Positions 28,719 to 41,958 of a DNA stretch of 64,000 bases are shown one piece after another. The stretch is taken from positions 151,466,001 through 151,530,000 of the forward strand of contig OX597817.1 in assembly GCA_951406725.2 (NCBI GenBank), in the 5' to 3' direction. A program made the position numbers and the translations under genes. The notes below the pieces were generated by a model. It searched no databases, was not told where the DNA came from, and saw nothing but the letters and a program-made list of their open reading frames with translations. This DNA comes from Octopus vulgaris. Its lineage: Eukaryota. The stretch's first letter is position 1. Every line of letters begins with the position of its first letter.

Positions 28719-29839
28719 TATATTCTTCAGAAAATTTAAATTCAGTGTTATAAAGAGTCAAGTTTTTAAGCACACAGTTGCATTTGAGCATTTTAACTGC
28801 ACAAGCACATCGGATCATTTTTAGCTGCATATGTTCATTTGCATAGTCTTCAGCGGTAGTCACATTGCACCATTGTTAAATGTGCATTTTTTAAAAAAAT
28901 CAATTTTAACTGCACATTTGCACTCAACTGATTTTAACTGTGTCACTGCATCGGATAATTTTAATGACTCCACTGTTTCGTAATTTATTTTATTGTCGTT
29001 TTATAAAAATTGTCTTGATAAACCTTGAATATATTGAAAGGGATTTCATTGACTTTTTTCTTTAGTTTCGCGCTATCTGTTTTAGTGATTCTACTTATAA
29101 TAATTAGTGTAGTTCAACCGCTCTTTTATTGAAACTCAAAAGAGGAGCCTTGTTATGATTTTGTGTAATCTCATTCTATACAGTGTCGAAACTATTAAAC
29201 TACTCTTCAGGTTGTCACAATCTTTAGATTGGCGCTTTGACGTAGCCACGAAAGCAGGGATGATGACCTATTCACATATGAGAACACTAATTTTAGCCAT
29301 GCTAACATTTCTCCTTTAATAATGGTGAACATTTTTATGGATTTCCACCATCCTTCAAAACCAAGGGCTCTGATCTCAAATTGAATCAAATATTTCTATG
29401 CGTGTGCGTGTGTTTGAATTCCATGCCTATGTGTGCATATGAGTCTGTGTATGTGTGTATGTGTGGCTTTGTGTGTTTCAGATTTGTCTTTTATTTTTAA
29501 TTAATGTTCTTCAAAATATTTCCCTCAAGTCACAATTTTTATAAAAATAGCAGACGTTTCAAATTTTCTTCATTTCAGAACAAAAAGTAAAAAAAAAAAA
29601 AACTTTGGTTCGAACAAAGCATTATATTTGGTTACAATTTGTTTTTATGTTAATCAATCAGCACATAATTTTACTCTGTAGGCCTTCAGGAGGGTATATA
29701 TATATATGTATAAGTAGGCAAATGGATATGTAACCAAACAGATAGATAAGTAGATAGATAGGTACATAGGTAATACGGACAGACAAGCACAAACACACAT
29801 ACATACACAACAGAAAACTGAAACACATGACCATATACA

Positions 29840-30202
29840 CACACGCACACTTCAGACACACACACACATACACACACACACAAGGACACATATGGAGACA
29901 CGCATCTATACATTACAGACGCACATACATAGTCACACAAACCCATTCATATAGAAACACTCCGACATGCACACACAAGGAAACAGAGGAACACACACAA
30001 ATACACACGCATACACGCGCATGAAAATGAACACACAAACACATGAATATGCGGAATATATACATGCATGCAAACGTACACACGCTTACATATATATATG
30101 CATACACACACACACGCATACATGCGTGCACACGCACATACTTACATACATGCAAACATACATACATTCATACATACATACATACATGCATGCATTCATG
30201 CA

Positions 30203-30233
<31 letters not shown>

Positions 30234-30270
30234 GTGTATACATGTGCACATTGACGTACACGCATGCGTA
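29840..30270. repeat. (CA)n/(TACA)n compound microsatellite, representative of many such tracts (e.g. 880-996, 1560-1670, 17830-18700, 59870-60260)
   Basis: Seen directly. These tracts generate the spurious YI/HT/CV ORFs in the track. Confidence 0.95.
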
Positions 30271-30344
30271 CAAATAAACAAACAAAAAGAACACAGCTCC
30301 GATAACGGACAGAGTATATTTTAGATTAAAAAAAGAACTTTGTT

Positions 30345-30774
<430 letters not shown>

Positions 30775-30914
30775 GGCAAATGTCTGTGTATGTGTATCCT
30801 TTATACAAATCCACAATTTTTCAGTTAGAAGGCTCGCACTTTCTATGGTCATTCAAAACCGTCCAAGGGTAGTCGTGCACATCTTTACATTTACGTTGCC
30901 GGGTCATAGTGCTA

Positions 30915-30957
<43 letters not shown>

Positions 30958-32314
30958 TACATAAGAAGATGATAGTTTTTCGAACGCTGAGTTGCCGCTG
31001 TACAAGCAGAAATACTGGGTAAAATTAACCTTTGGTGAAAATATTTGTCAACAACCAGCCATGGGACTCAAACCCATATCCCTCAAAGACTCCGGCTGAT
31101 TACTTTACCATATATATAATAAAGTAAATGGATTCATCGAATATTTAATTTAATTTTTCTACATTAAACTATGAACTTTATTCAAACAGCAATTGTCTGA
31201 ACGAATATGAAAGTAAATACTAAAATAACAACCTACAATACCTGGAAAATCGGACTGACGTTTCATGAACGATTTAGTACTAAAACTAAACGAAGTGAAC
31301 AACAACACGATTTTATTTCAGTAAAAACTCCAAAGTAGACACATGACATAGGAACACTAAATCTAGTAGTATGTCACATCATTTATATTACAGAATTAGT
31401 TGATGATAATGCACTTAACATTTTAAATGTCGCTGAGGTGAACATCAAAAAGTTTTTTTTCAATTCCAACTAAGATTTGTACTGAAAAAAAAATGCATAA
31501 AAAACCCTTAAATGAAACAGTATCGTGATATAAACAAAGACTGGACAGTTATCCTGTCAAATTTGGGCGAAAATAATAAAAAAAAAAGCTGGTTCCAAAA
31601 GTCGATTTATTGGTCTAAAATCATTTTATATCTTTTATTTTTGACAGCTTGAAGGATTATATTACAAGAATTAAACGCACAAAAGCAACAATAAAACGGC
31701 AACACTGAGGCATCTACTTACATTGGAATGTCATTCGAAGAATATAAATCTGCATTTATGGCAACATATAAGCATAGGCTGAAAGAACTAATGATATAAT
31801 CGATATAAGCTGGTCAGGATTCTGGATATCTTGAACAAAATGTTTTAGCTAATATAGAACTATGAAGTAAAGGGATTTTCAACCAATGTATAAGTACAAA
31901 TATCATTATCAGTTCTCTGGGTATATATCATACATACCAATATATGCTACAACACAGTAATCTGAATCACGTCTCTTTTTCAAATAATAACTTACGTCCT
32001 TCAAACGGAAGAGTTACATTAGATAATATAGTACATGACATACGCAATGCCAGTGAGAAACACGAAGAACATCGTGAAATCCTAGGTCTGCTCGTGCAAG
32101 GCTGACTTAGGGGTAAGGATAATTGAGATGTCAATTATACGAGGTGGTGCTGAAATGGGTTTGGGTAAAAGAAAACAGAAGGATCGTTTAATTATGATGC
32201 TATTCAGTATATCCCCCCTCTCAGCTCTACACACTTATTGCAGCGGTCCTTCAGTTTTTCTAAGCCCTATAAAAGCTCTCCCTCGTAGTTCATGGATTTT
32301 AAAAATTAAAATAT

Positions 32315-32536
32315 ACTCTCTTTACTCTCTTTTACTCTTTTACTTCTTTCAGTCATTTGACTGCGGCCATGCTGGAGCACCGCCTTTAATCGAGCAACTC
32401 GACCCCGGGACTTATACTTTTTGTAAGCCCAGTACTTATTCTATCGGTCTCTTTTTGCCGAACCGCTAAGTAACGGGGACATAAACACACCAGCATCGGT
32501 TGTCAAGCAATGCTAGGGGGACAAACACACACACGC

Positions 32537-32581
<45 letters not shown>

Positions 32582-32724
32582 TACGACGGGCTTCTTTCAG
32601 TTTCCGTCTACCAAATCCACTCACAAGGCTTTGGTCGGCCCGAGGCTATAGCAGAAAACACTTGCCCAAGGTGCCACGCAGTGGGACTGAACCCAGAACC
32701 ATGTGGTTGGTTAGCAAGCTACTT
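32315..32724 (-). mobile_element. SINE family A, 3' part including the B box, interrupted by the ORF1-only array
   Basis: Colinear with 4293-4650 up to ...agcaagctactt, where homology stops abruptly. Confidence 0.9.
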
Positions 32725-34921
32725 TATTTCAAAACATTTGCCATAAAGGCAGTACACAGATTAAGTTAGCTTTGCGGGCTGGACGAGGACATTAATGAAG
32801 TGAATGATAATGAAAGAAAGATGATAAGGATGGGAGAAGACAGAAAGCGCCCGCCGACTTTTGCTTCTCTAAAACATTGTTCTTTTTAAAAAGATAAACA
32901 CAAAACGAGGTATAAAACCTCTTACAATTTTCCCCAATTTTTGGGCTTAGCAGTCCATTATTAATACAAAACGAGGTATTAATCCTCTTTCAATTTTTCA
33001 ATTTTTGGACTTAAGTCCATTACTAATAATACATATCGTCCTCGAAATAGCTTGTGCCCGCGCCCTCCACCATCAACCACGCCTCCCTCAGAACGTAGTC
33101 AAGTTCCGAGTTCGCGTCGCCCGGGACCAAGTTATAATCTTCGTTGAGCTCCTTTAGCCCTAGCGTCACGTCGAACGCCACGGCCTCCACAGCTACCTGC
33201 GGAGGCCATTCGGGGTCCTGTGTGAAGGCTAAAGGTGCTCCCTTGTAGTGCTCTTCCATCACTTTTTCAATTTCTCCTCCTCTATAGAAGAGGACCAACA
33301 CATTTAGTTCTTTCGTTGGCGGCACAGTTTCCGCCAACGGTATTCCTTCTCTTGTCGGTGGTACAACCCCAACCGACGTAGTTCCGCGACATTCCGGTGC
33401 TACACTGACAGCCGGTAATGTCCCGTTTTTCTTCCTCTTTTTCTTTTTTTTTCCCTTTTCAACTGAGGGAGGGTGCGTCTCCTCCGTAGCTGGAAGATTC
33501 GCCTTCCTCTCCTCATCCCTATTATCCTTTGGTGAGCACCCATTGTTGCTCACCTTCCTCTTTCGGCCTCTGTTTGAGGAGTCCTCTGCTTTCTCGGCCG
33601 TTATCGTTCCCTCTTCTAGAGGGGTTTTACCTAACTGTTCCGGGATCCTATTTTGTTCCCGAGGACAGTTCTTCTTTATGTGGCCGGACTCCAAGCACCG
33701 ATGACACTTAGGGGGGCGACCCTCAAGCATCACCGGGTACCTGCACCCGGCCATTTTCAAAAAATCTGGAAGAACCAGATTGGCTGATTGGGTCCACAGA
33801 GTCAAAATTGCTTTCGACCCAACCCAAGCAGCCGCAGGAAGAACTTTTACATTGAGGAGCTTAGTTTCGCTGTCACCCAGACCCCGGCGGATAGTCTCCT
33901 CTATCCACTCGGGTTCTATGTCGGGTGGCAGTCCGCAGATCCAAGCTTTCATCAATTTCTTTTTTTTGTACGTGGGCAGGAATAAGATTTCCTTACCCTC
34001 CAAGGGTTTGCTAGCAAATATGCAAGCCTCTTCAGGGGTGTCAAATAGCAACCACACCGTTGCATATTTGACACCCCTGGAAATGAATTTAATTGTTGGC
34101 AAATACTCTTCCAACTCCTCCTCAATTGCCGTCTTTTCGAATAGGGCGATGGTGTTAAGTGCCTTGGAGTAGGTTCTCAACACCACCGTCCTATCTTCAC
34201 GGTCTTTTAACCACTTTTTGGGTGGTATGATTTCCCACTCCAAAATTTTGTTATTTTTCATTGCCATGTTTTTTTTAAAATATATTCAAATTAAACTCAA
34301 AAGCAGGAAGAAAAAAGTTCAAAAGTCTAAATAAAATTTGATAGATTTTTGAAAAAACAAAAAGGAGAAAGCACAACAGAAGGGAAGAAATTAACGGAAA
34401 GTCGCAATAAAGAAAAAAAACAAAAGGGGGGTTAAATGAAGTTCAAAAGAAAGTTAATAAACAGAAAAAACACAGCAAAAATATTCTGGCCTTGCGGTAC
34501 TCCCGGCCTGGGTTGAACCTGGAACGCCGCAACTGCAACACAACCTCCACAAAAATGGGTCCGAAAGGTAATCCAATAGTGGCTTATTTTTATAATTTTC
34601 TTGCGAAGTAGTAAAACACAAGCAAACAAGTTAATTTTTGCGGAGGGGCTACGCCTCCTCAAAAAGCACAATTCTCACTAAAGAGTGAGACCTTAGACAC
34701 GACAACAGGCAGAGAAATATATCTGAAGTAAAGTGAAGTCTATTACCCGCAAAAAAATATTAATGCTAGATAACGTTAACTGCTAAATAACATTAAGCAA
34801 GCAATAAACTTCACTATGCTTCTAAAAATACAGAACGTCTTACCTGTCACCGAGTCAAAAGTTCAACATTTCACGTTCAAACACGTGACATTTGCAGGAG
34901 CAAAAAACAACACGTCTGTCT
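32725..34921 (-). mobile_element. ORF1-only retroelement unit 1 (most divergent)
   Basis: Bounded by target repeats at ~32709-32724 and 34922-34936. One 5' monomer, ORF1, 3'UTR hairpin and tail. Confidence 0.8.
33023..34267 (-). CDS. Gag/ORF1-like protein, 414 aa, Tx1/L1 ORF1-like (RRM-like N-terminus, CCHC knuckle, basic tracts)
   Basis: Intact intronless ORF with CHRCLESGHIKKNC (C-x2-C-x4-H-x4-C) preceded by YPVMLEGRPPK, and KKKKKRKK. Confidence 0.85.
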   Translation of the reverse strand: MAMKNNKILEWEIIPPKKWLKDREDRTVVLRTYSKALNTIALFEKTAIEEELEEYLPTIKFISRGVKYATVWLLFDTPEEACIFASKPLEGKEILFLPTYKKKKLMKAWICGLPPDIEPEWIEETIRRGLGDSETKLLNVKVLPAAAWVGSKAILTLWTQSANLVLPDFLKMAGCRYPVMLEGRPPKCHRCLESGHIKKNCPREQNRIPEQLGKTPLEEGTITAEKAEDSSNRGRKRKVSNNGCSPKDNRDEERKANLPATEETHPPSVEKGKKKKKRKKNGTLPAVSVAPECRGTTSVGVVPPTREGIPLAETVPPTKELNVLVLFYRGGEIEKVMEEHYKGAPLAFTQDPEWPPQVAVEAVAFDVTLGLKELNEDYNLVPGDANSELDYVLREAWLMVEGAGTSYFEDDMYY

Positions 34922-34936
34922 GGTAAGAAGCTACTT

Positions 34937-36950
34937 TATTTTATATAATTTGCCACTAGGGCAGCACACAGAGTAGCTGCGGGCTGGACAAGGACATTAA
35001 TGGATGATGGTGGTGGTGGATGACGATGGTGATGGGAGAAGTCAGAAAGCGCCCGCCGACTTTTGCTTCTCTAAAACAATGTTCTTTTTTTTTTTCAATC
35101 ATTTACAAAATTTCAAAAATTACAAAAAATTCGAAAAATTTTCACAGAAATTTCAATTTACACTTTTTAAAAGTCTCTTCAGAGGCAATAAACCTCTGTC
35201 ACAATGTAACACAATTACAATTTTACGTTACCTGACCGATGAACTCTCTTGCTTTAATGACGCAATCGTTCATCGTCAGGCTTCCGCATACTGGTATGAC
35301 TTGCAAGAGATCCTCCGGGAAAGAATTCTCGATCCTGCACATATCATTTTCGAGTAGGACCTCCGCAGCCAGCTGCGAAGGCCACTCGGGATACTCTATG
35401 CAGGACCGAAGTCCCTCCCATTCGTTTCTCTTCCTCCTCTTACGTATTTCGTTTTCTATAGTGCCTCCTTTATGGAAGAGGACTACATAAAATTTGTCCG
35501 GCATTACAATCGCCGGAGGACACCTGGGAGGCGCCTTCTGTGTGTTACAGTCCGCTGGCGGCGTCCCGTTCCTCTTTTTCTTTTTACGCTGGGCCTCGGG
35601 AGGTTGAGGTTCCGGTGCTATACGCACCGGGTCCTCTTTTCTTCCGCAGCCTCCGGTTCCTTTTGTGGGTCGCCATTGCTTCCCACTCTTCTTTTTCTTT
35701 TGGCGGAGGGTTTTTCCCCCTCCTCGCTTTGTTTCTCTCCCTCCATTGGTGAGGCAGGGAGAGGCTCTAATATTAACTTCTCCAGGATCCTACTCTGGTT
35801 CCTGGAGCAGTTTTTCTTAATATGGCCGGTCTCCGAGCACAGGTGACACTTGGGGGCGCGTCCCTCTAGCATCACCGGATACTTGGAACCGGCCATCTTT
35901 AGGAAGTCCGGCAAAACCAGACTCTTGGCCGACTGGGTCCACAGAGTTAAAGTAGCCTTTCCTCCTTCCCAGTTAGCCGCAGGCTGCATTCTTACGTTCA
36001 GGATCTTGGCGCTACCACCACTCAGACCCCGGCGGATGGAATCTTCCACCCACTCGGGCTCAAAGCCGGGCGGCAGGCCGCAGACCCATAAACGTAGCAA
36101 TTTTTCCCCCTTATAGCTTGGGAGAAACAGAATCTCTTGGCCCTCAATGGGCTTACTTGCGAAATCGCAAGCTGCTTTAGGAGAGTCAAACAGCAACCAA
36201 ATCGTTGCGTATTTGGCTCCCCGTTGAATGTGTTTAACGGCTGGCATATAGTATGCCAGCTCGTTCATAATTGTGTCTTTCGGAAAGACCATTATGGTGT
36301 CGAGAGACTTCGAATATGTCCTCAGCACCACTGTCTTTTCCTCAAGTTCGTTCAAATATTTTTTGGGAGGTGTTAATTCCCACACTGTGAAATTCCTTGC
36401 CATAACTTAAGAAAAACAGTTCAAAATGTTACAAAATAAATTAGACACAGAAAGGAGAATGAAAAAAGCAACAGAAGGGAGGAAATAAAAATAAAAATGG
36501 CAGTTCAAAGAAAGTTTTTTTCAAATGAATGATAGGCAGAGAAAGAGAGTTCAAATTCAGACAAAGGAATTTTTTCACTTTTTCGGCCAAAAATTGTACT
36601 CCAGGCCAAGTATATGGTTGGTACAACACCTTGGTAAATGATCCTTGGTAAATCCGTAGATAACACAACGATAATTTCAAAAATAATTTTTGTAGACGGA
36701 CTACGCCGCCTCAAAAACACAATTTTCTTCACACCCGACAACAGGCAGAAAAATTATATCCGGAGCAAAATGGAGCCTTATTATCTGCTAAAAATATTTA
36801 ATGCTAAAATACATTAATGCAAGTAATAAAGCTTCACTTCGCTCGCAAAAATACAAAATTCCTACCTGCAGTCGAGTCGAAAGTTCAACAATTCACGTTG
36901 AAACAACGTGGCAACCGGAGCAGCAAAATAACACGTCTAACTCAGACGAA
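34937..36950 (-). mobile_element. ORF1-only retroelement unit 2
   Basis: Bounded by ggtaagaagctactt at 34922 and 36951. One 5' monomer. Confidence 0.8.
35223..36403 (-). pseudogene. ORF1-like gene with a single frameshift near 35638
   Basis: ORFs 35618-36403 and 35223-35627 join to a full homologue of unit 3. One base is missing in an A run relative to unit 3. Confidence 0.75.
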
Positions 36951-37253
36951 GGTAAGAAGCTACTTTATTTCATTTAATTTGCCACAAGGGCAGTACACAG
37001 ATAGTAGCTACGGGCTGGACATAGACATTAATGAATGATGGTGATGGAATGAAGATGGTGATGGGAGAAGACGAAAGCGCCCGCCGACCCCCGCTTCTCT
37101 AAAACAATGTTCTTTTTTCAATAATTTTACAAAATTTTCAAAATTTCACAAAAATACAAAAATTTCACAAAAATTCCAAATTTTACAAATCACAATTTCA
37201 AAAGTTTTTCCACACGCAAAAAACCTCCATCACAATATAACACAAATACAGGT

Positions 37254-38453
37254 TCACGTTACCCGACCGATGAACGCTCTTGCTTTATTGACGCAATCGT
37301 TCGCCGTCAGGCCCCCGCATACAGGTAAAATTTGATAGGAGTCCTCCGGGAAAGATTTCACGAACCTGCACCGATCGTCATGGAGTAGGACCTCCGCAGC
37401 CAGCTGCGAAGGCCACTCGGGATACTCCATGCAGGACCGAAGTCCCTCCCATTGGTTTCTCTTCCTCATTTTACCTATTTCATCTTCTATTGTTCCTCCT
37501 TTGTAGAAGAGGACTACATAATATTTCTCCGGCCACACAATCACAAACGGCGGAGGAGACATTGGAGACACCGTCTGCGTGTTACAATCCGCTGGCGGCG
37601 TTCCGTTCCTCTTCTTTCTTTTTTTCTTTTTACCGTGGGCCACGGGAGGTTGAGGTTCCGGTGTTGCACACGCCGGATCCACTCTGTCTCCCGTAGCTTC
37701 CTGGTCTTTTAGTGGGTCACCATTGTTCCCCACTTTTCGTTTTCTCTTTGAGGAAGTCTCCGCTTCCTCGTTCTGTTTCTCTCCCTCTATTGGTGGGGCA
37801 GGGAGAGGCTCCGATATCAACTTCTCCAGGATCCTACTTTGGTCCCTGGGGCATTTCTTCTTAATGTGGCCGGTCTCCGAACACAGGTGACACTTGGGGG
37901 CGCGTCCCTCTAGCATCACCGGATACTTGGACCCGGCCATCTTCAGGAAGTCCGGCAAAACCAGACTCTTGGCCGACTGGGTCCACAGAGTCAAAGTAGC
38001 CTTTCCTCCTTCCCAGTTAGCCGCAGGCTGCATTTTCACATTCAGGATCTTGGCACGACCACCGCTCAGACCCCGGCGGATGGAATCTTCCACCCACTCG
38101 GGCTCAAAGCCGGGCGGCAGGCCACAGACCCATAAACATAACAATTTTTCCCCCTTGTAACTGGGGAGAAACAGAATCTCATCGCCCTCAATGGGCTGGC
38201 TTGCAAATTTGCAAGCTGCTTCAGCGGAGTCAAATAGCAACCATACCGTTGCGTATTTGACTCCCCGTTGAATATGTTTAACGGCTGGCATATAGTCTGC
38301 CAGCTCGTTCACAATGGTGTCTCTCGGAAAAACCATTATGGTGTCGAGTGACTTTGAATATGTCCTCAACACCACGGTCTTTTCCTCGAGTTCGTGCAAA
38401 TATTTTTTGGGAGGTGTTAACTCCCACACAGTGAAATTCTTTGCCTGTGCCAT
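37254..38453 (-). CDS. Gag/ORF1-like CCHC protein, 399 aa
   Basis: Intact ORF with CHLCSETGHIKKKC, paralogous to units 1, 2, 4 and 5. Confidence 0.85.
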   Translation of the reverse strand: MAQAKNFTVWELTPPKKYLHELEEKTVVLRTYSKSLDTIMVFPRDTIVNELADYMPAVKHIQRGVKYATVWLLFDSAEAACKFASQPIEGDEILFLPSYKGEKLLCLWVCGLPPGFEPEWVEDSIRRGLSGGRAKILNVKMQPAANWEGGKATLTLWTQSAKSLVLPDFLKMAGSKYPVMLEGRAPKCHLCSETGHIKKKCPRDQSRILEKLISEPLPAPPIEGEKQNEEAETSSKRKRKVGNNGDPLKDQEATGDRVDPACATPEPQPPVAHGKKKKRKKRNGTPPADCNTQTVSPMSPPPFVIVWPEKYYVVLFYKGGTIEDEIGKMRKRNQWEGLRSCMEYPEWPSQLAAEVLLHDDRCRFVKSFPEDSYQILPVCGGLTANDCVNKARAFIGRVT

Positions 38454-38791
38454 AACGTAAAATACAACAGTTCAAAATGATAAACTAAAATTAGCCACAG
38501 AAAGGAGAATGAAAAAAAGCAACAGAAGGGAAGAAATAAAATTAAAAATGGCAGTTCAAAAAAGTTTTTACAAATAAATAATAGACAGAGAAAGAGAGTT
38601 CAATTCAGACAAAGGAATTCAGTTCTTTTTTTTTTTTCCACTTCTTCGGCCAAAAATTGTAATCCAGGCCAAATGCACTGTTGGTAAAACCCTTGGTAAA
38701 TAATCCTTGGTAATCCGTGGACAACACAACGACAATTTCAACAATAATTTTTTCAGACGGACTATGCCGCTTCAAAAATACAATTTCTTTT

Positions 38792-39370
38792 CACTCGACA
38801 CAGGCAGAAAAATTATATCTGGAGCAAAGTGGGGCCTTATTATTTGCTGAAAAATATTAAATGCTAAAAAACATTCATGCAAGTAATAAAACTTCACTAA
38901 ACTCGCAAAATCATAAAACGCCTACCCGTAGTCGATTCGAACGTTCAACAATTCACGTTGAAATAACGCGACATCAATACAATTTTCTTTCCACTCGACA
39001 CAGGCAGAAAAATTATATCCGGAGCAAAGTGGAGCCTTATTATCTGCTAAAAAATATTTAATGCTAAAAAACATTAATGCAAGTAATAAAACTTCACTAA
39101 ACTCGCTCAAAAAATACAAAATTCCTACCTTAGTCGATTCGAACGTTCAACATTTCACGTTGAAACAACGCGACATCAATACAATTTTCTTTCCACTCGA
39201 CACAGGCAGAAAAATTATATCTGGAGCAGAGTGGAGCCTTATTATCTGCTAAAAAATATTTAATGCTAAAAAACATTAATGCAAGTAATAAAACTTCACT
39301 TCGCTCACAAAAATACAAAATTCCTACCTTTAGTCGAGTCGAAAGTTCAACAATTCACGTTGAAACAACG
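38792..39370. repeat. Tandem ~200 bp 5' monomers (x3) of unit 3
   Basis: cactcgacacaggcagaaaaattatat recurs at 38792, 38992 and 39194. Confidence 0.9.
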
Positions 39371-39702
39371 TTCATCTGGAGCAGCAAAAAAACACGTCCG
39401 AACAGTTCAGTGGTAAGCGAGCTACTTTATTTCATTTAATTTGCCACAAGGGCAGTACACAGATAGTAGCTACGGGCTGGACATAGACATTAATGAATGA
39501 TGGTGATGAAGTGAAGATGTTGATGGGAGAAGACGAAAGCGCCCGCCGACCCCCGCTTCTCTAAGACAATGTTCAATGAATACATTTAGTAAAATGTTCA
39601 AAAATGTTCAGAATGTTCAAATTACATTTTTTTCAGAGGAGGTAATAAACCTCCTCTTCAACATGTTCAAAATGTTCAAAAAGTGTTTAACAATTCTCCC
39701 CG

Positions 39703-40896
39703 TCAGGTCCCCGAAGCAAATTGTCTTGCCGCCTGCAGACAACTCTGCGACGACAAGTCGAGGCCTGCAAAGAGAAAAGTAAAATCTTTCCTCTGAAAGG
39801 TCTCTGCGACCCTTGTCAAAATATCTTCCGTTACTACCTGCGCAGCTACCCGCGGAGGCCATAACGGACTCCTTGAGCCGACCGTGTCCTTGCGTTCTCG
39901 GTCACCCAAGTCATTTAAAAACTTTTCCACCTTCCCTCCCTTGTGGTAAAGGAGGAGAAATAACTCCTCTTCACAGGAAGGGACCTCACACTGATCCGTC
40001 AGTAGCACACTTCCCACCCGCGGTTCCGTCGGAGACACAGAAACGTCAGACGTCCGACCTCTCCTTTTTCTCCTCCTTCTTTTGGGGGAGACTGCTAACC
40101 CAGGGGACTCCGTCACTAGACACGGGGGAATGCTATCCCCCTCCGCCCCCTGAGCGTTCTTTGGTGGGCAACCGTTGTTGCTCGCCAGCCTCTTTCTTTT
40201 CGTGGAGGCAACATCCTCCGTCTCCCCCTCCAATGAGGGGACGGCGGGCACCTTTTCCTTTTCATGTTCCGGGGCGGCACCACGGCCCCCGGGACACTTC
40301 TTCTTAATATGTCCAGGCTCCGAGCACCGGTGACACTTGGGGGCGCGTCCCTCAAGCATCACCGGATACTTGGATCCGGCCATCTTCAGGAAGTCTGGCA
40401 AAACCAGACTCTTGGCCGACAGGGTCCACAGAGTCAAGGTAGCCTTTCCTCCTTCCCAGTTAGCCGCAGGCTGCATTTTCACATTCAGGATCTTAGCGCT
40501 ACCACCGCTCAGACCCCGGCGGATGGAATCTTCCACCCACTCGGGCTCAAAGCCGGGCGGCAGGCCACAGACCCATAAACGTAACAATTTTTCCCCCTTG
40601 TAACTGGGGAGAAACAGAATCTCATCGCCCTCAATGGGCTGGCTTGCAAATTTGCAAGCTGCTTCAGCGGAGTCAAATAGCAACCATACCGTTGCGTATT
40701 TGACTCCCCGTTGAATATGTTTAACGGCTGGCATATAGTCTGCCAGCTCGTTCACAATGGTGTCTCTCGGAAAAACCATTATGGTGTCGAGTGACTTTGA
40801 ATATGTCCTCAACACCACGGTCTTTTCCTCGAGTTCGTGCAAATATTTTTTGGGAGGTGTTAATTCCCACACAGTGAATTTCTTTGCCTGTGCCAT
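39703..40896 (-). CDS. Gag/ORF1-like CCHC protein, 397 aa, divergent C-terminal half
   Basis: Intact ORF. The N-terminal ~200 aa are nearly identical to unit 3; CHRCSEPGHIKKKC is followed by a divergent sequence. Confidence 0.85.
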   Translation of the reverse strand: MAQAKKFTVWELTPPKKYLHELEEKTVVLRTYSKSLDTIMVFPRDTIVNELADYMPAVKHIQRGVKYATVWLLFDSAEAACKFASQPIEGDEILFLPSYKGEKLLRLWVCGLPPGFEPEWVEDSIRRGLSGGSAKILNVKMQPAANWEGGKATLTLWTLSAKSLVLPDFLKMAGSKYPVMLEGRAPKCHRCSEPGHIKKKCPGGRGAAPEHEKEKVPAVPSLEGETEDVASTKRKRLASNNGCPPKNAQGAEGDSIPPCLVTESPGLAVSPKRRRRKRRGRTSDVSVSPTEPRVGSVLLTDQCEVPSCEEELFLLLYHKGGKVEKFLNDLGDRERKDTVGSRSPLWPPRVAAQVVTEDILTRVAETFQRKDFTFLFAGLDLSSQSCLQAARQFASGT

Positions 40897-41235
40897 AACG
40901 TAAAATACAACAGTTCAAAATGGTAAACTAAAATTAGACACAGAAAGGAGAATGAAAAAATGCAACAGAAGGGAAGAAATAAAATTGAAAATGGCAGTTC
41001 AAAAAAGTTTTTACAAATAAATAATAGACAGAGAAAGAGAGTTCAATTCAGACAAAGGAATTCAGTTCTTTTTTTTTTTTTCCACTTCTTCGGCCAAAAA
41101 TTGTAATCCAGGCCAAATGCACTGTTGGTAAAACCCTTGGTAAATAATCCTTGGTAATCCGTGGACAACACAACGACAATTTCAACAATAATTTTTTCAG
41201 ACGGACTATGCCGCTTCAAAAATACAGTTTCTTTT

Positions 41236-41600
41236 CACTCGACACAGGCAGAAAAATTATATCCGGAGCAAAGTGGAGCCTTATTATCTGCTAAAAATAT
41301 TAAATGCTAAAAAACATTCATGCAAGTAATAAAACTTCACTAAACTCGCAAAAATACAAAATTCCTACCTTTAGTCGATTCGAACGTTCAATATTTCACG
41401 TTGAAACAACGCGACATCAATACAATTTTCTTTCCACTCGACACAGGCAGAAAAATTATATCTGGAGCAAAGTGGAGCCTTATTATTTGCTAAAAAATAT
41501 TTAATGCTAAAAAACATTAATGCAAGTAATAAAACTTCACTTCGCTCACAAAAATACAAAATTCCTACCTTTAGTCGAGTCAACAATTCACGTTGAAACA
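41236..41600. repeat. Tandem ~200 bp 5' monomers (x2) of unit 4
   Basis: Monomer starts at 41236 and 41435. Confidence 0.9.
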
Positions 41601-41958
41601 CGTGGCATCTGGAGCAGCAAAAAAACACGTCCGAACACTTCAGTGGTAAGAAGCTACTTTATTTCATCTAATTTGCCACAAGGGCAGTACACAGATAGTA
41701 GCTACGGGCTGGACATAGACATTAATGGATGATGGTGGTGGTGAATGACGATGGTGATGGGAGAAGTCAGAAAGCGCCCGCCGACTTTTGCTTCTCTAAA
41801 ACAATGTTCTTTTTTTTTTTTTTTCAATCATTTACAAAATTTCAAAAATTACAAAAAATTCAAAAAATTTTCACAGAAATTTCAATTTACAATTTACACT
41901 TTTTAAAAGTCTCTTCAGAGGCAATAAACCTCTGTCACAATGTAACACAATTACAATT

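Larger units (their letters stand above)
36966..39411 (-). mobile_element. ORF1-only retroelement unit 3
   Basis: Bounded by target repeats at 36951 and 39412. Three 5' monomers. Confidence 0.8.
39428..41644 (-). mobile_element. ORF1-only retroelement unit 4
   Basis: Bounded by target repeats at 39412 and 41645. Two 5' monomers. Confidence 0.8.
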
